64,000 bases of DNA, from NCBI GenBank assembly GCA_951406725.2, contig OX597838.1, positions 7,998,001 through 8,062,000 of the forward strand, read 5' to 3'. The notes under the pieces are model-generated. The model was given only the letters and a program-made list of their open reading frames with translations, made no database searches and was not told the origin of the DNA. Shown here piece by piece: positions 1-15,466 of the stretch (its first letter is position 1; each line of letters begins with the position of its first letter). The position numbers and the translations under genes were made by a program. Source of the stretch: Octopus vulgaris. Its lineage: Eukaryota.

Positions 1-6
1 ATATAT

Positions 7-172
7 ACGACTAACTTCCTTTCGGTTTCCATCTACCAAATCCACTCACAAGGTTTTGGTCGGCCCGAGGCTATAGCAGAAGACACTTGCCCAAGGTGCC
101 ATGCAGTGGGACTGAACCCCGAACTATGTGGTTGGTAAGCAAACTACTTACCACACAGCCACTCCTGCGCCT
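7..172 (-). mobile_element. tRNA-derived SINE family A, 5' head portion
   Basis: Minus strand reads AGGCGCAGGAGTGGCTGTGTGG (A-box-like)...GGGTTCAGTCCC (B-box-like)...CTTGGGCAAGTG. Matches the copies at 9.8, 28.2 and 45.3 kb. Confidence 0.85.
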
Positions 173-288
173 GGAATATTTTGTTGAAAGATCGAAAGCT
201 CGTTGAAATTTTGTGCATCACCCTGGGGCCAGCATTCAACAATCAATTATAATAGGAACGCATGCGAAGAGAGAGAAACAAATTCATC

Positions 289-622
<334 letters not shown>

Positions 623-1043
623 CAGAATGAGAGAGAGAGAGATTAAATACTCAAATTAATATCACAATGTCTAGAAATTGTATTAAGCACACAAGCATGT
701 GTATATGTGTATGTATGTATGCATACCTGTGTCATTTCATAATTTCGTTAAATATAGACAATATGATAATATACAGAAGCAATTTTTTTCACGCCGAAGT
801 TTAAACGAAAGGCGAAATAAGCTAATACAGTTATTAATGAAACAAGGGAGGTAAGTAAAACTCGGGAGAGTTAAACTTAACAGATCTTCTACTTTCGTAG
901 AACACAAGAAATACATAACAGGTTGCATAATTAAATATATAACTGTGGAAAAAAAATCGTTTGCTGGAGAAAAGAGACAATATATCACCTAACGCACGTA
1001 AGAAAGGTGAACGTACACACACATACATACATACATGCATACA

Positions 1044-1343
<300 letters not shown>

Positions 1344-1422
1344 AGCTTAGAGAAGGAGAAGAAGAAACGAAACGAAACCAAACGAATCGAATCGAATCGA
1401 CGCGAAGATAGATACAATAGTG

Positions 1423-1561
1423 TAATAAATAAAATATATGCATACATACAAACATATATGTACGTACCTACATCTACATGTATATATACATGCATATATA
1501 AATATATATACGGGTGTACAGGACACCACAAATAGACGTAGAACTCAACGAGAAACGAAAA
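1423..1561 (-). repeat. Short interspersed repeat (~135 bp) homologous to 30080-30210
   Basis: The reverse complement TTTTCGTTTCTC...GGTGTCCTGTAC...CATGTAGATGTAGGTACGTACATATATGTTT matches the + strand copy at 30.1 kb. Confidence 0.75.
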
Positions 1562-2080
1562 TATATATATATAAATGTTTGTATGTATGTATGTATGTAT
1601 GTATGTATGTATGTATGTATGTATGTATGTATGTATGTATGGATATATGAATAGAGAACCTGCTTTGGCAAAAAAAGTATTCTCAGGGTGAAGTGAACTA
1701 AACTGTAAATTGAATGAAAAAAAAAATTTGCATTATAATTTAGTGTATTAGTAAATGAAAAGAATTATTTTGAAATGTAATAAGTACAGGGTTCTGTTAT
1801 AACAATGACAGCCCAGCAGGATTAACGAGAGAACACTATTTTTGGCATAGAAAGAATGCGCGCGCGTGTGTGAGTGTATTTATCTATTCATAGTGGAAAT
1901 TAAAAACATATATAATAATATAGTGATAATAAATATACAAGATATAATCAAATTTATAAATAATAATAAGAACTACATATATGTATATATATATATATGT
2001 GTGTTTATATATATATATATACATGAAATTTCATTGCGTAATTAATCATTTATGGTAGATTAATGTAAGTATATATGTGA

Positions 2081-2169
<89 letters not shown>

Positions 2170-2661
2170 TATGTATATATATATGTGTGTGTGTTTGTGT
2201 GTGTGTGTATGTATGTATTTACTTATATTTATATGTATATGTGCGTGTGTGTGTGTGTTTGTGTGCGTTTATGTGTGTGTGTGTGTGCGCGCGCTCATGC
2301 GTGTGTGTAATTTACGAACAGGGAGGGATATGAAATAAGCATCTCACAAAACAGAGATGCAAGTTAGAAGAACTATATATGTCATGCGCAAAAGCCCATC
2401 CTCAGAAAGATACATTCAAAGATGTGTGTGTGTCTACCATTCGGATAGCGGAAGGAGGAGTCACAGTACCGTTCTGAAAAGGGATCTTTGCGTCTGAAAT
2501 ATATGAAGGTTTTTCAAATTTCCTCCCTGTACTGTTAGAGGTTTCCCCCCCATCGTTTTATTTTTAATTCTACCTCAATAGCACAAAGCTTGAAGCGAAC
2601 AAAACCACTCTTCATTTATACGTCTGAATGTATATGTATGTAGACAAACAGACAGAGAGAC

Positions 2662-2758
<97 letters not shown>

Positions 2759-2774
2759 CGTATAAATATATATA

Positions 2775-2980
2775 GAGAGAGTTTACGAAAAAAAACAAAA
2801 GACGAAGACAGGTGGTGTACAAAACAAACAGATGTATTCGTATAACGCTCAGTAATAGAAAAAAGTCTTTTACGTTTCGAGCCTACGCTCTTCTACAGAA
2901 AGGGACACAGACAAAAGAAAAAAACAAGGAGAGGAATGCGAGAAAAAATCTGTGTAGTGGCTAACGATCTATCATGGCGA
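2775..2980 (-). mobile_element. Hammerhead-bearing short repeat, family H1 (possible Penelope-like pLTR derivative)
   Basis: Homologous to 9270-9428 and 48635-48820; contains a minimal hammerhead motif. Confidence 0.7.
2865..2906 (-). ncRNA. Minimal type I hammerhead ribozyme-like motif (variant core CUGUAGA)
   Basis: Minus strand: CUUU-CUGUAGA-A-GAGC(GUAG)GCUC-GAAAC-GUA-AAAG. Stem I is CUUU/AAAG, stem II is GAGC/GCUC, stem III is the palindrome ACGU. Confidence 0.6.
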
Positions 2981-3150
2981 CGTGGTCTGATCAATAAGTA
3001 TCCGTACTGTTGCCATAGTAACGAAGCTAAAGCACGTGAAGTGAAGCAGCTTGGCTCAGATTGAGCCTGAACTCTGCTGTGCAAGCGCACTAAGTTTTAA
3101 CGTTTGAGTCCTCTAACGCTGTTTACCGCAGTGCTTGGAAGGAAGAAGCT
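2981..3150 (+). mobile_element. Mariner end fragment (TIR plus subterminal region), same family as 13290-14163
   Basis: CGTGGTCTGATCAATAAGTATCCG...AACGAAGCTAAA matches the TIR of the 13.3-14.2 kb element. Confidence 0.8.
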
Positions 3151-3154
3151 TAAG

Positions 3155-3276
3155 TTCTCACATTCATACACTTATTTCAGCAGTCCTTCAGTTTTGCTTA
3201 GCCTCGTAAAAGAACTGGGAAGCTTGGACTTCCAACTAGACCGTAAAGCGAGGAACATTTCAGCCCCCGCCTCGTA
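3155..3276. mobile_element. Fragment of a second mariner-derived family, related to 9548-9730
   Basis: CTCACATTCATACACTTATT...CAGTTTT matches the 9.64 kb sequence. It ends in AGGAACATTTCAGC...CCTCGTA, the inverse of the TACGAG...GCTGA.AAGTTCCT end at 9548. Confidence 0.55.
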
Positions 3277-3663
3277 TTTATACACATACACGTATGTGTG
3301 TGTTTGTATGTGTTTATATATATATGTAAAAAAAAAAAAAAAACTCCGAATATCTCGATGCCCTCCAATGACTTATCTCGGGTATTGAACGCGAAATGCC
3401 TACATTCCCCAACAAATCTGACAGCTCTACCGTCTTAGCCAATTCCTCGCCTTTTATTAGCGAGTTCTTCCACGACAATACTGACAACAAAACGTTTGGC
3501 GCCATTACCTTTCATTATTTCGCTCCCTCCCCCCTTACTCTTCCCCCTCCTCCTTCCTTCCTTCCCCATCCCCATCTCCACACACCGCTACTCCCATGCA
3601 ACCCCCCTTCTCTTTCATACATTCACCAAACATACATATATATATATACATATATACATATAC

Positions 3664-3698
<35 letters not shown>

Positions 3699-3699
3699 T

Positions 3700-3750
<51 letters not shown>

Positions 3751-3913
3751 ATGTATATACATACATACATCTATGTATATATATATACACATACATCTAT
3801 GTATATATATATATATATATATGTGTGTATACATATGTGTGTGTACACACACACTCACGCACACACACTCACGCACACGCACACACGCACACACACACAC
3901 ACGCACACACATA

Positions 3914-3964
<51 letters not shown>

Positions 3965-4164
3965 GCACACATACACACACACACGCACACATAATAATGC
4001 ATATAATTGTGCCAGTTAATTTCTTTTCGGATTTGGTTTGGTTTTTATCTTTTTATTTATTTTTTTTGCCTAAGGTTGGTTGTTTGTTGTTGTTGTTGTT
4101 CTGAATGTTAGTTGCTATATCATCAACAGCACTTTTATTATCACCATCGTCGGCATCCTTCTTC

Positions 4165-4379
4165 CTCCTCTTTCTCCTCCTCCTCCTCCTCCTCCTCCTC
4201 ATCATCATCATCATCATTATCAGCAAAATAGTAATAATGGCAATGATGATGATGATAGTCGTAATAGGGTGATAGTAATAATAATAATGATTATCGTAAT
4301 GGTGATGATGACGCTGACGATCATGATAATAATAACGATGATGATAACAACAACAACAACAACAACAATAACAATAATA

Positions 4380-4416
<37 letters not shown>

Positions 4417-4424
4417 TAATAATG

Positions 4425-4473
<49 letters not shown>

Positions 4474-5101
4474 TAATAATAATAATAATAGTAATAATAA
4501 TAATAATAATAATAATTTGAGAACATTCACAGCAACAACAAGAATCGTTGTCGTCCATATTATCAGTATCATCAATTTGCTAATAACTATCGTCACCATC
4601 GCCATCATCGTCACCATCATCATCACCATCATCATCATCTTCATTATCATCATCACCATTATCATCGTCATCATTATCATCGTCATCATCATCATCGTCA
4701 TCATCATCATCTTCATCATCATCATCATCGTCATCATCATCATCATCATCATCATCATCGTCACCATCATCATCATCGTCATCATCGTCATCGTCATCGT
4801 CATCTTCATCATCATCATCATCATCATCGTCACCATCATCATCATCATCATCACCATTATTATCGTCATCATCATCATCATCATCATCGTCATCATCATC
4901 TTCATCATCATCATCACCATTATCATCGTCACCATCATAATCGTCATCATCATCATCGTCATCAACATCATCGTCATCTTCGTCGTTGTCATTATCCCCA
5001 TCATCATAACCATCACCATAACTCTCATCATCACCATCATCATCGCCATCATCATCATCATTGTCGTCGTCTTCGTCATCATCATCATCATCATCACCAT
5101 C

Positions 5102-5132
<31 letters not shown>

Positions 5133-5160
5133 CCATGGTCATCATCATCATCATCATCCT
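4165..5160. repeat. Compound trinucleotide array (CCT, CAT, AAC, AAT, then degenerate (ATC)n at 4562-5157)
   Basis: Direct reading of the sequence. Confidence 0.95.
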
Positions 5161-5283
5161 AAACTAATTTCAGATAACACTTCGCCTTTCCAATCGATGT
5201 TTTATGTGATATAAACACAATCTGCATTTAATTGCCGACATATTCTCTCTCTGTGTCGCCATCATCCCCCTCTCCTTTTACAC

Positions 5284-5287
<4 letters not shown>

Positions 5288-5321
<34 letters not shown>

Positions 5322-5774
5322 GCCCTCCCTCTCTCTTTCTCTCTCTCTCTCACTCATCGCCTGACGTTTCCTTCTCTGTATTACTGTTATTCTTTTTTCA
5401 ATTTCTTCTCTTGCTCTGTAGCTATCCCCACCTCTCTCTCTCCATTCTCTCTCTCTCTCTCTCCATTCTCTCTCTCTCTCCATTCTCTCTCTCTCTCTCT
5501 CCATTCTCTCTCTCTCTCTCCATTCTCTCTCTCTCTCTCCATTCTCTCTCTCTCTCTCCATTCTCTCTCTCTCTCTCCATTCTCTCTCTCTCTCTCCATT
5601 CTCTCTCTCTCTCTCTCCATTCTCTCTCTCTCTCCATTCTCTCTCTCTCTCTCTCCATTCTCTCTCTCTGTCTCCATTCTCTCTCTCTCTCTCTCCATTC
5701 TCTCTCTCTCTCCATCTCTCTCCCTCCATCTCTTTCTCTCTCCATCTCTCTCCCTCCATCTCTTTCTCTCTCCA

Positions 5775-5805
<31 letters not shown>

Positions 5806-5840
5806 CCCTATCCGTCTCTCTCTTTCTCTCTCTCTCTCAG
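5288..5840. repeat. (CT)n polypyrimidine tract periodically interrupted by CCATT
   Basis: Direct reading of the sequence. Confidence 0.95.
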
Positions 5841-6296
5841 TCCCTTAAACTTGAATAATTCCATATCTACAAAGTCCTTTCCCCCCTTCCGATTCTCCTG
5901 CTTCAATCTCATACCTCACTCCCTCCTCCCACGATTGCTTTCTTCACCCTCTCTCCTTCCTCTCTCGCTCACTCTTTCCTCCTCACCCATCAATTTCTCT
6001 TCCCTTTGTGCAACGTGTGTCTCACTGCTGTCATCGCAGTCTTTCTATCCATCGTCCCATCTTTGCTATACTCTCTCCCTCCCTCTCTCTCTTTCTCCTC
6101 CTCTCTCTGTCTCTGTTTCTCTCCCTCTCTCCCTCTCTCTCTCTCTCTCTCACACACGTCCTTCACTCGTTTACTTACCTTTACTAATACATACAAGATT
6201 CACTCTCTTGTTACCATCATTCACACTCACGTTGCACTTCGTTCCGTCAATCCTTGTAAGGCACCTACTATCGCACTTTCTTTCAAGCGCACACAC

Positions 6297-6829
6297 ACAC
6301 ATACATACATACATACATGCATACATACATACATACGTACATAGATACATACATACATACATACATACATGCATACATACATACATACATACATACATGC
6401 ATACATACATACTTACGTACATACGTACATACATACATACATGCATACATACATACATGCATGCATACATACATGCATACACACAGACATACAGACATAC
6501 ATACATACACACATACATACATGCATACATACATACATACATACATACAGACATACATACATACATACATACATACATACATACATACATACATGCATAC
6601 ACACAGACATACAGACATACATACATACATACATACATACATACATACATACATACATACATACATACATACATACATACATACATACATACATACATAC
6701 ATACATACATACATACATACATACATACATACATACATACATACATACATACATACATACATACATACATACATACATACATACATACATACATACATAC
6801 ATACATACATACATACATACATACATACA

Positions 6830-6863
<34 letters not shown>

Positions 6864-7696
6864 CATACATACATACATACATACATACATACATACATAC
6901 ATACATACATACATACATACATACATACATACATACATACATACATACATACATACATACATACATACATACATACATACATACATACATACATACATAC
7001 ATACATACATACATACATACATACATACATACATACATACATACATACATACATACATACATACATACATACATACATACATACATACATACATACATAC
7101 ATACATACACATACATACATACATACATACATACATACATACATACATACATACATACATACATACATACATACATACATACATACATACATACATACAT
7201 ACATACATACATACATAAATACATACATACATACATGCATACATACATACATACATACATACATACATACATACATACATACATACATACATACATACAT
7301 ACATACATACATACATACATACATACATACATACATACATACATACATACATACATACATACATACATACATACATACATACATACATACATACATACAT
7401 ACATACATACATACATACATACATACATACATACATACATACATACATACATACATACATACATACATACATACATACATACATACATACAGACATACAT
7501 ACATACATACATACATACATACAGACATACAGACATACATACATACATACATACATACATACATACATACATACATACATACATACATACATACATACAT
7601 ACATACATACATACATACATACATACATACATACATACATACATACATACATACATACATACATACATACATACATACATACATACAGACATACAG

Positions 7697-7729
<33 letters not shown>

Positions 7730-8177
7730 CAGACATACATACATACATACATGCATACATACATACATACTTACGTACATACATAAATACATACATACAT
7801 ACATACATACATACTTACGTACATACATAAATACATACATACATACATACATACATACATACATACATACATACATACATACATACATACATACATACAC
7901 ATACATACATACATACATACATACATACATACATACATACATACATACATACATACATACATACATACATACATACATACATACATACATACATACATAC
8001 ATACATACATACATACATACATACATACATACATACAGACATACATACATACATACATACATACATACATACATACATACATACATACATACATACATAC
8101 ATACATACATACATACATACATACATACATACATACATACATACATACATACATACATACATACATACATACATACA

Positions 8178-8211
<34 letters not shown>

Positions 8212-8311
8212 CAGACATACATACATACATACATACATACATACATACAGACAGACATACATACATACGTACATACATACATACATACATACATACATAC
8301 ATGCATACATA
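6297..8311. repeat. ~2 kb (CATA)n tetranucleotide array
   Basis: Direct reading; source of the long YIHT/MYVC pseudo-ORFs. Confidence 0.97.
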
Positions 8312-8485
8312 CAATCTTGAGAAATTAGACTTCTCAAAACCAGAAAGGAGAAAGCTAATTCGAAGGCTACAGATCAGATCCATCACTGGAACTGTAAAAA
8401 TCTGTAAAACTTTCCAGAAGTTTCGCATTTAAATATATTTGAGCATGTCAAGATATGCAGGTATACGCATGACAAGACATACATA
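8310..8485 (+). mobile_element. 3' end of an RLE-type (R4/Dong-like) non-LTR retrotransposon, 5'-truncated at the (CATA)n array
   Basis: Translates to YNLEKLDFSKPERRKLIRRLQIRSITGTVKICKTFQKFRI*, resembling the C-terminal helices that follow the restriction-like endonuclease. Ends in a CATACATA remnant. Confidence 0.55.
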
Positions 8486-8623
8486 AAAAGAGAAGAATTT
8501 ATGCCACACACTCCTCCTACGTAGTTAATCACCTTGAAGCGTTTTCGAGAAATGTTCACGACACAAACAATCAATTAGAACTTTCTCTCGCTTTTTCTAT
8601 CAGAAAATTAGAACTGGTGACGA

Positions 8624-9045
8624 GACACAGGGATGGAGTTCTGGGAGCAGAAGTGTCCGTATTTGGTAGTCAAACAAGGAAATATTGTCGACCAGACAAG
8701 AAATATGGATATTAGTGTGTCTCTCCCCTTATCAATGTGGTGCATTACAGATATCTAGGAATCGACGAAGATATAGTATTGATGGGAGTAAAACTTAAAG
8801 CGACAAATAATTCTGCAGCAGACTGGATATGGATGTCGGAGCTGTGTGCATTCATTTAAAATATAACCCACCATACTTTCTCACGGCCAATGTCTCTACC
8901 AACAGTTGGGTTACTAGATCGGACATTCTAAGAAATCCGCTTTCTGGACATCAGGATTCTAAAAATAGTATCAATGATTCGCAATTTCCACATCAGCGGA
9001 GTCTTACAGAGTCTATGTTAAACAGAAGAAAGGAGGCAGACGTAT
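8624..9045 (+). pseudogene. Decayed reverse transcriptase/thumb segment of an R4/Dong-like LINE
   Basis: Frameshifted motifs DTGMEFWEQKCPYLVVKQGNI, YRYLGIDEDI, GLLDRTF*EIRFLDIRILKIVSMIRNFH and RVYVKQKKGGR. They match the R4-type pattern GMEFGxxKC / YKYLGI / LDxKTRKLLTM..FH / RLY..RKxGGRG. Confidence 0.75.
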
Positions 9046-9269
9046 AGGATAGAGTCTAGGGCATTTAACGCCACCCTGGAAATAACCCCTTCTCCTGGGG
9101 GACAGTTACCCGCTAGGACAATTACCCCTAAGTAGTTAACCTCCGATGTGTATCGTATTTTCGGTGTATAAGCCGCTATTTTTTACTTGGGAAATTTAGT
9201 GTGCGGCTTAGAGAAAGGTGCACCTAATGTGTGTTTGTTTGTTTACGTTCATCGTAATTTGAATTTATA

Positions 9270-9730
<461 letters not shown>

Positions 9731-9800
9731 ATATTCATAAATCCAGTATATATACATACACTTTTCATGTATTTGTGCATGTATATATATGTACATATAC

Positions 9801-10200
9801 TCTTTTACTTGTTTCAGTCATTTGACTGCGGCCATGCTGGAGCACCGCCTTTTAGTCGAGCAAATCGACCCCGAGACTTATTCATTGTAAGCCTAGTACT
9901 TATTCTATCGGTCTCTTTTGCCGAACCGCTAAGTTACGGGGACGTAAACACACCAGCATCGGTTGTCAAGCGATGTTGGGAGGACAAACACAGACACAAA
10001 CATATACACACACATACCAAAATATATACATATATACGACGGGCTTATTTCAGTTTCCGTCTACCAAATCCACTCACAAGGCTTTGGTCGGCCCGAGGCT
10101 AGAGTAGAAGACACTTGCCCGAGGTGCCACGCAGTGGGACTGAACCCGGAACCATGTGGTTGGTAAGCAAGCTACTTACCACACAGCCACTCCTACGCCT
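9801..10200 (-). mobile_element. SINE family A, full length
   Basis: tRNA-like head, internal (CA/TA) spacer and a 3' tail GGCGGTGCTCCAGCATGGCCGCAG...CTGAAACAAGTAAAAGA. Confidence 0.9.
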
Positions 10201-10201
10201 A

Positions 10202-10344
<143 letters not shown>

Positions 10345-10443
10345 GATCTGTGATGATAGTTGCGTTAGTGGCAGAGATGGCGGTGGTAGCATGATGAAGG
10401 GCACCGTGGTAGTAGTGATGAAAGAGAGGCCGGAGATGTTCAT

Positions 10444-10474
<31 letters not shown>

Positions 10475-11162
10475 GTGATTATTGATTAAATTGACATGTA
10501 GCAAGACACCGAGGTAATTACTTGCATCGTTCCTGCAGTTAAAAAAAATGAAAGCTGACGCCGGTGGTGTTTGAACTCACTACCTGAAGAGAAGCAACTG
10601 AATCCTAATGATACGCATTTTGTCCGGAGACGCTAATATTTCTGGTAAAAATTTTTTCTTTAATAATGATAATAATGATTAATAATAATGATTATGACGA
10701 GAATAACAACACCAAAGGTTGTACAGTCTGTTGAAAGCGGATATTAAATATGCCCGCAGGTGCTTATGGGATTGCGTGTGTGTGTGCGCGCGCGCGTGTG
10801 TGTGTGTGTTTATGTGTGTTTAAAATTCCGTGTTTGGTTTTACAGTTATGTGTACCTACACACACTGTCATACACATATATACATATATAAACATATATA
10901 TATGTGTGTGTGTATATATGCACATACACACACTTATATAAATATTTGTATTTGTAAATGTATATGTTAGAATACATACATACATGGATACATATATACA
11001 TATATATACATACATATAAATATATGTATATCTGTATATATATACATATATACATTTATGTATATATATACATAAAAATTTGTGCTTACATATACACTTA
11101 TAAATACAAATATTTATATACGCATGTACTTATGAATATGTTTATACTATGTACATAATGTA

Positions 11163-11195
<33 letters not shown>

Positions 11196-11475
11196 TTGTA
11201 TATATATACAGGAGGTGTATATATATATATCTACATATACATATATACACATATATATATATACATACATATATACATACATATATATGTATGTATGTAT
11301 GTTAAACGTCGCTGTGTCTGTCTACGAAAGACTGTCGAGGAAAGGAGGTTAAAACCGACTGGAAAATGGCGTCGGCGGTGTGATGGAGAGTGTAGTGTTG
11401 GCTACAAACAATAACAAAACTTAGACAAAAAAAGCAACAAATATCAAACACAACAACAACAACAACAACAATAAC

Positions 11476-11513
<38 letters not shown>

Positions 11514-11541
11514 TAATAACAATAATAACAATAATAATAAT

Positions 11542-11578
<37 letters not shown>

Positions 11579-11998
11579 TTAATAATAATAATAGTAATAG
11601 TAATAATAATAATAATAATAAACTAGAAATACGCCAAGAAAATCTAGAATAGTAAATAATTCGACAATCTTTTGCTTGTAAGATTGTCTGCTGTAAATTG
11701 AAAGCAGAGATTGGTGGTTATGGAGACCAGAGTGTTTGCCGTGTAGTTCTCCAGGGCGTGGAGTCATATTTAACGCGTCGACATTGAAGTCTTTTAATGG
11801 TTTTATGACAGCTTTACATCGTATAGAATGCAGACGGCCTGGCTTTTGATTCTTGTACTTGGAATCTTTGAGAAATTGGAACGGTTCGACCACCGAACAT
11901 CTTTCCAAATCTCTGCCTCTCTCACCCTTTCCCTATCCATCTACCTATCTATCTATCTATGTTTGTCTGTCTATCTATTTATCTATCTGTCTATCTAC

Positions 11999-12041
<43 letters not shown>

Positions 12042-12326
12042 CATATATCTATCTATCTATCTTTCTATCTATCTATCTATTTATCTATCTTTCTATCTTC
12101 CTCTCTCTCCCTCTCCCTCTCTCTCTCTATCATTCCACTCCGCCCGCACTCACTTTATCGTCTGCTTCCTATCATTTCTCTTTCTCTCATTTCTCTCCCT
12201 CACACTCTCACACTCCTCTCTCCGCCTCTACATTTTCCTCCTGCTCTCTCTCTCTTTCCCTGTGCCTTCTCCTTATATCTCTTTCGCATCTGCTTCTTCT
12301 TTTTCTCCACTCTCTTCTTTAATCTC

Positions 12327-12392
<66 letters not shown>

Positions 12393-13169
12393 TTCCACCT
12401 TTCTTCCTATAACTCCTTCTTTAATAATTGTCGTCTGCTAACTTTTAAAATCTTTTCTATTTTATTTTTAGCTCTTCTTTTTATTTTTTTTTATTTTACT
12501 GTTTCTGATATTTTGGGAATTTATTCTATTGAATTTTTGATGTTTTCTTAATCTTTCCGTTTCCTCATTCTTCAATTCCCCATCTACTTTCATATTTCTC
12601 CTTCTTTAACCATCACATTTTAACCATCTCACTCTAATCATCACTCTTTAACCATCAACCTTTCATTCTTCGTTATTTTCTTGCATCACGTTTTGTTCTT
12701 TGTTTCAAATTTCTTCTTCTTCTTTTTCTTCTTCTTCTTCTTCTTCTTCTTCTTCTTCTTCTTCTTCTTCTTCTTTTTCTCCTCCTCCTTCTTCTTCTTC
12801 TCCTCCTCCGCCTTCTTCTTCTTCCCCTCCTCCTCCTACTTTCCCTTCTTTTTCTTCTTCTTCTTCCTCTTCTTCTACATTATCATCATCATCTCCTGTC
12901 TCTATTCTCTGTTAATCTTCTTCATTTCTTACATTCCATTTCATGCACAGCGGACAACACCATGTTCCCTTGTCTTGCCGTGATCCTTCTCTGTGACAAA
13001 GAGTTATTTCCGAAACGTTAGGCTCACGCATATTGCGACGAATGAACATATAGAATCCTCCAGTGAAACTCTTCTACAGATTTCTTATAAAAGACTTAAA
13101 TCATTACAATTTTCTATGAATTCCACAGTTTTCCTTAATTATTCAGAGGCTTTTTCGTTACTGAAAACG

Positions 13170-13235
<66 letters not shown>

Positions 13236-13289
13236 CGTGTGTGTGTGTATGTATGTATGTATGTATGTATATGTATGTGTGTATGTATA

Positions 13290-14163
13290 CTAGGTTTGAA
13301 CAATAAGTATCCGAACTGTTGCCATAGTAAAGAAGCTAAAACACTCAGAGTAAAGCTGCTTAGCACAGATTGACCGTGATCTCTACTGTGCATGCACGCT
13401 AAGTTATAACGTTGTAGATCACTTCCTCTGTTTACAGCAATACTTGGAAGGAACGTGCGTAACGTGTAGTCGTAGTATTGACCATGACTAAAAAAGTTGT
13501 CATGGTGATACCTGCTCAGAGGCAGACGCAAAATTGCAGAAAATGTATGGAGAGGAGTGTATGAGACGCACACAAGTGTACGAGTGGCTCAAACGTTTCA
13601 ATGATGGCCGAAAAAATGCCGACATTGACCGACATTCTGGGAGACCCGCAATCAACAGACCTGAGAAAACCATCGCAGACGTGCGTGCAATTATGAGAGG
13701 AAATCTTCGAATCACCATCCGTAAATTATCAGAGAATATGTAGATTAGCTCCGGTTCAGTGTAGTCCATTATCTTTGAAGATTTGAGTATGAGATGCATG
13801 CCTGCCAAGTTTGTGCCAAAATTGCTTAAAGCTGACCGAAAAACCACTCGGGTTTCAGTTGCACAAGATCTCCTTGATTATGTTCAGAACGATGGAGATT
13901 CTTGAAAACTTTGCGTAGGCTTCTGAGCAGGTATTGCCGCAGATTCTCTTCTCAACGTTCTTCATCATGTTCAATCAGACAATCACACGCTACACGCCTT
14001 CCTTCCGAGCACTGCTGCATATAGCGGACGTGAGCTAGAACTTTAACACTTAATTGCCACTGCACATCAGAGTTCAAGATCAATCTGTGTCGAGCGGCTT
14101 TACTCTGCGTGTTTTAGCTTCGTTATTATGTCAACGGTCCGGATACTTATTGATCAGACCACG
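13290..14163 (+). mobile_element. Internally deleted mariner transposon with long (~125 bp) imperfect inverted ends and TA target sites
   Basis: Left end CTAGGTTTGAACAATAAGTATCCG.. vs right-end reverse complement CGTGGTCTGATCAATAAGTATCCG.., with flanking TA. The internal ORF MYGEECMRRTQVYEWLKRFNDGR...RHSGRP...RITIRKLSE is the mariner N-terminal HTH region. No catalytic domain is present. Confidence 0.9.
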
Positions 14164-14207
14164 TATCCACGTATATATGTATATATACATATACATACAT
14201 ATATATG

Positions 14208-14254
<47 letters not shown>

Positions 14255-14315
14255 GTGTATGTGTACGTATATATGTATGTATATGACTATATGCACACAC
14301 ATATATATATATACA

Positions 14316-14372
<57 letters not shown>

Positions 14373-14385
14373 TATACATACATGC

Positions 14386-14437
<52 letters not shown>

Positions 14438-15052
14438 GTATATACATACTTATATATGTGTGTGGGTGTGTTTCTTCTTTCCTTCCTTTTCTAAATGACC
14501 CCCTTTTTTCTCATTTTTCCACCTCGTTGTTTCTCCCCCCCCCCCAACATCACCACCAACATCTTCAACAACAACAACAGCAACAGCTACAACACCATCA
14601 TCTCCGGCACCAATCTTCTAACCACTCTATTATATTACTAGGGAATTTCTTCTCTCTAAATAAAACGCCCCCCCACACACACACACAACCATACAAACCT
14701 TCCTCTCCCCCACCCACCCCCAACAGCCCCTCCCCTCTCCCACCTCCCTTACAAAAGCAAGCTCTTAATCCAAATCGAATTTCAGGATAATCCACAAAGC
14801 ACCTGTATGTCAGTCCAAGACACTCCGTTGCCATAGACGCAGAAAGAACTCCCTCCGCCCCCAACCACCGATCATCCACCTTTCCCCCTCATGCATAGCT
14901 TACCGTCTCTCCTCTTCATCCTCCTCCTCCTCTTCACACCACCGCCCTCTCCACCACCCCGCCATACTTACTCTCCACACACTACAATCTACAAATTCCG
15001 TCAACATTCTTACCAGCAGATTAATCCCCATTAGGAATGTCTCTGCTCTGAG

Positions 15053-15101
<49 letters not shown>

Positions 15102-15423
15102 CTGTGTGTGTGCGTGTGTGTGAGTGTGTGTGTGTGTGTGATTGAGTGTGTTTGTGTGAGTGTGTGCGAGTGTGTGTGTGTGTGTGAGAGAGTGTGTGTG
15201 CGTGTGTGTGTGCTTCACCGAATACAGGTACGTAACGATGTATGTATATGCATGTATATATTCATCTGTTTATTCATATACTTGTATATCGGTCTGTGTG
15301 TATTTTATTGTTTACTTGTTTGTGTGTGTGTATATGGATGTGTGCATATATATATGTATATATATATATCTTATATATATAAATATATATATATACATAT
15401 ATATATACATACATATATATATC

Positions 15424-15466
<43 letters not shown>

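Noticed and set aside
5430-5790. Regularly interspaced CCATT units resembling a CRISPR array
   Set aside because: The spacers are (CT)n rather than unique sequence, there are no cas genes, and the context is eukaryotic.
5851-8432. Long ORFs (455-687 aa) of YIHT/MYVC repeats
   Set aside because: Translations of the (CATA)n array, open on both strands; only the last ~40 codons are LINE-derived.
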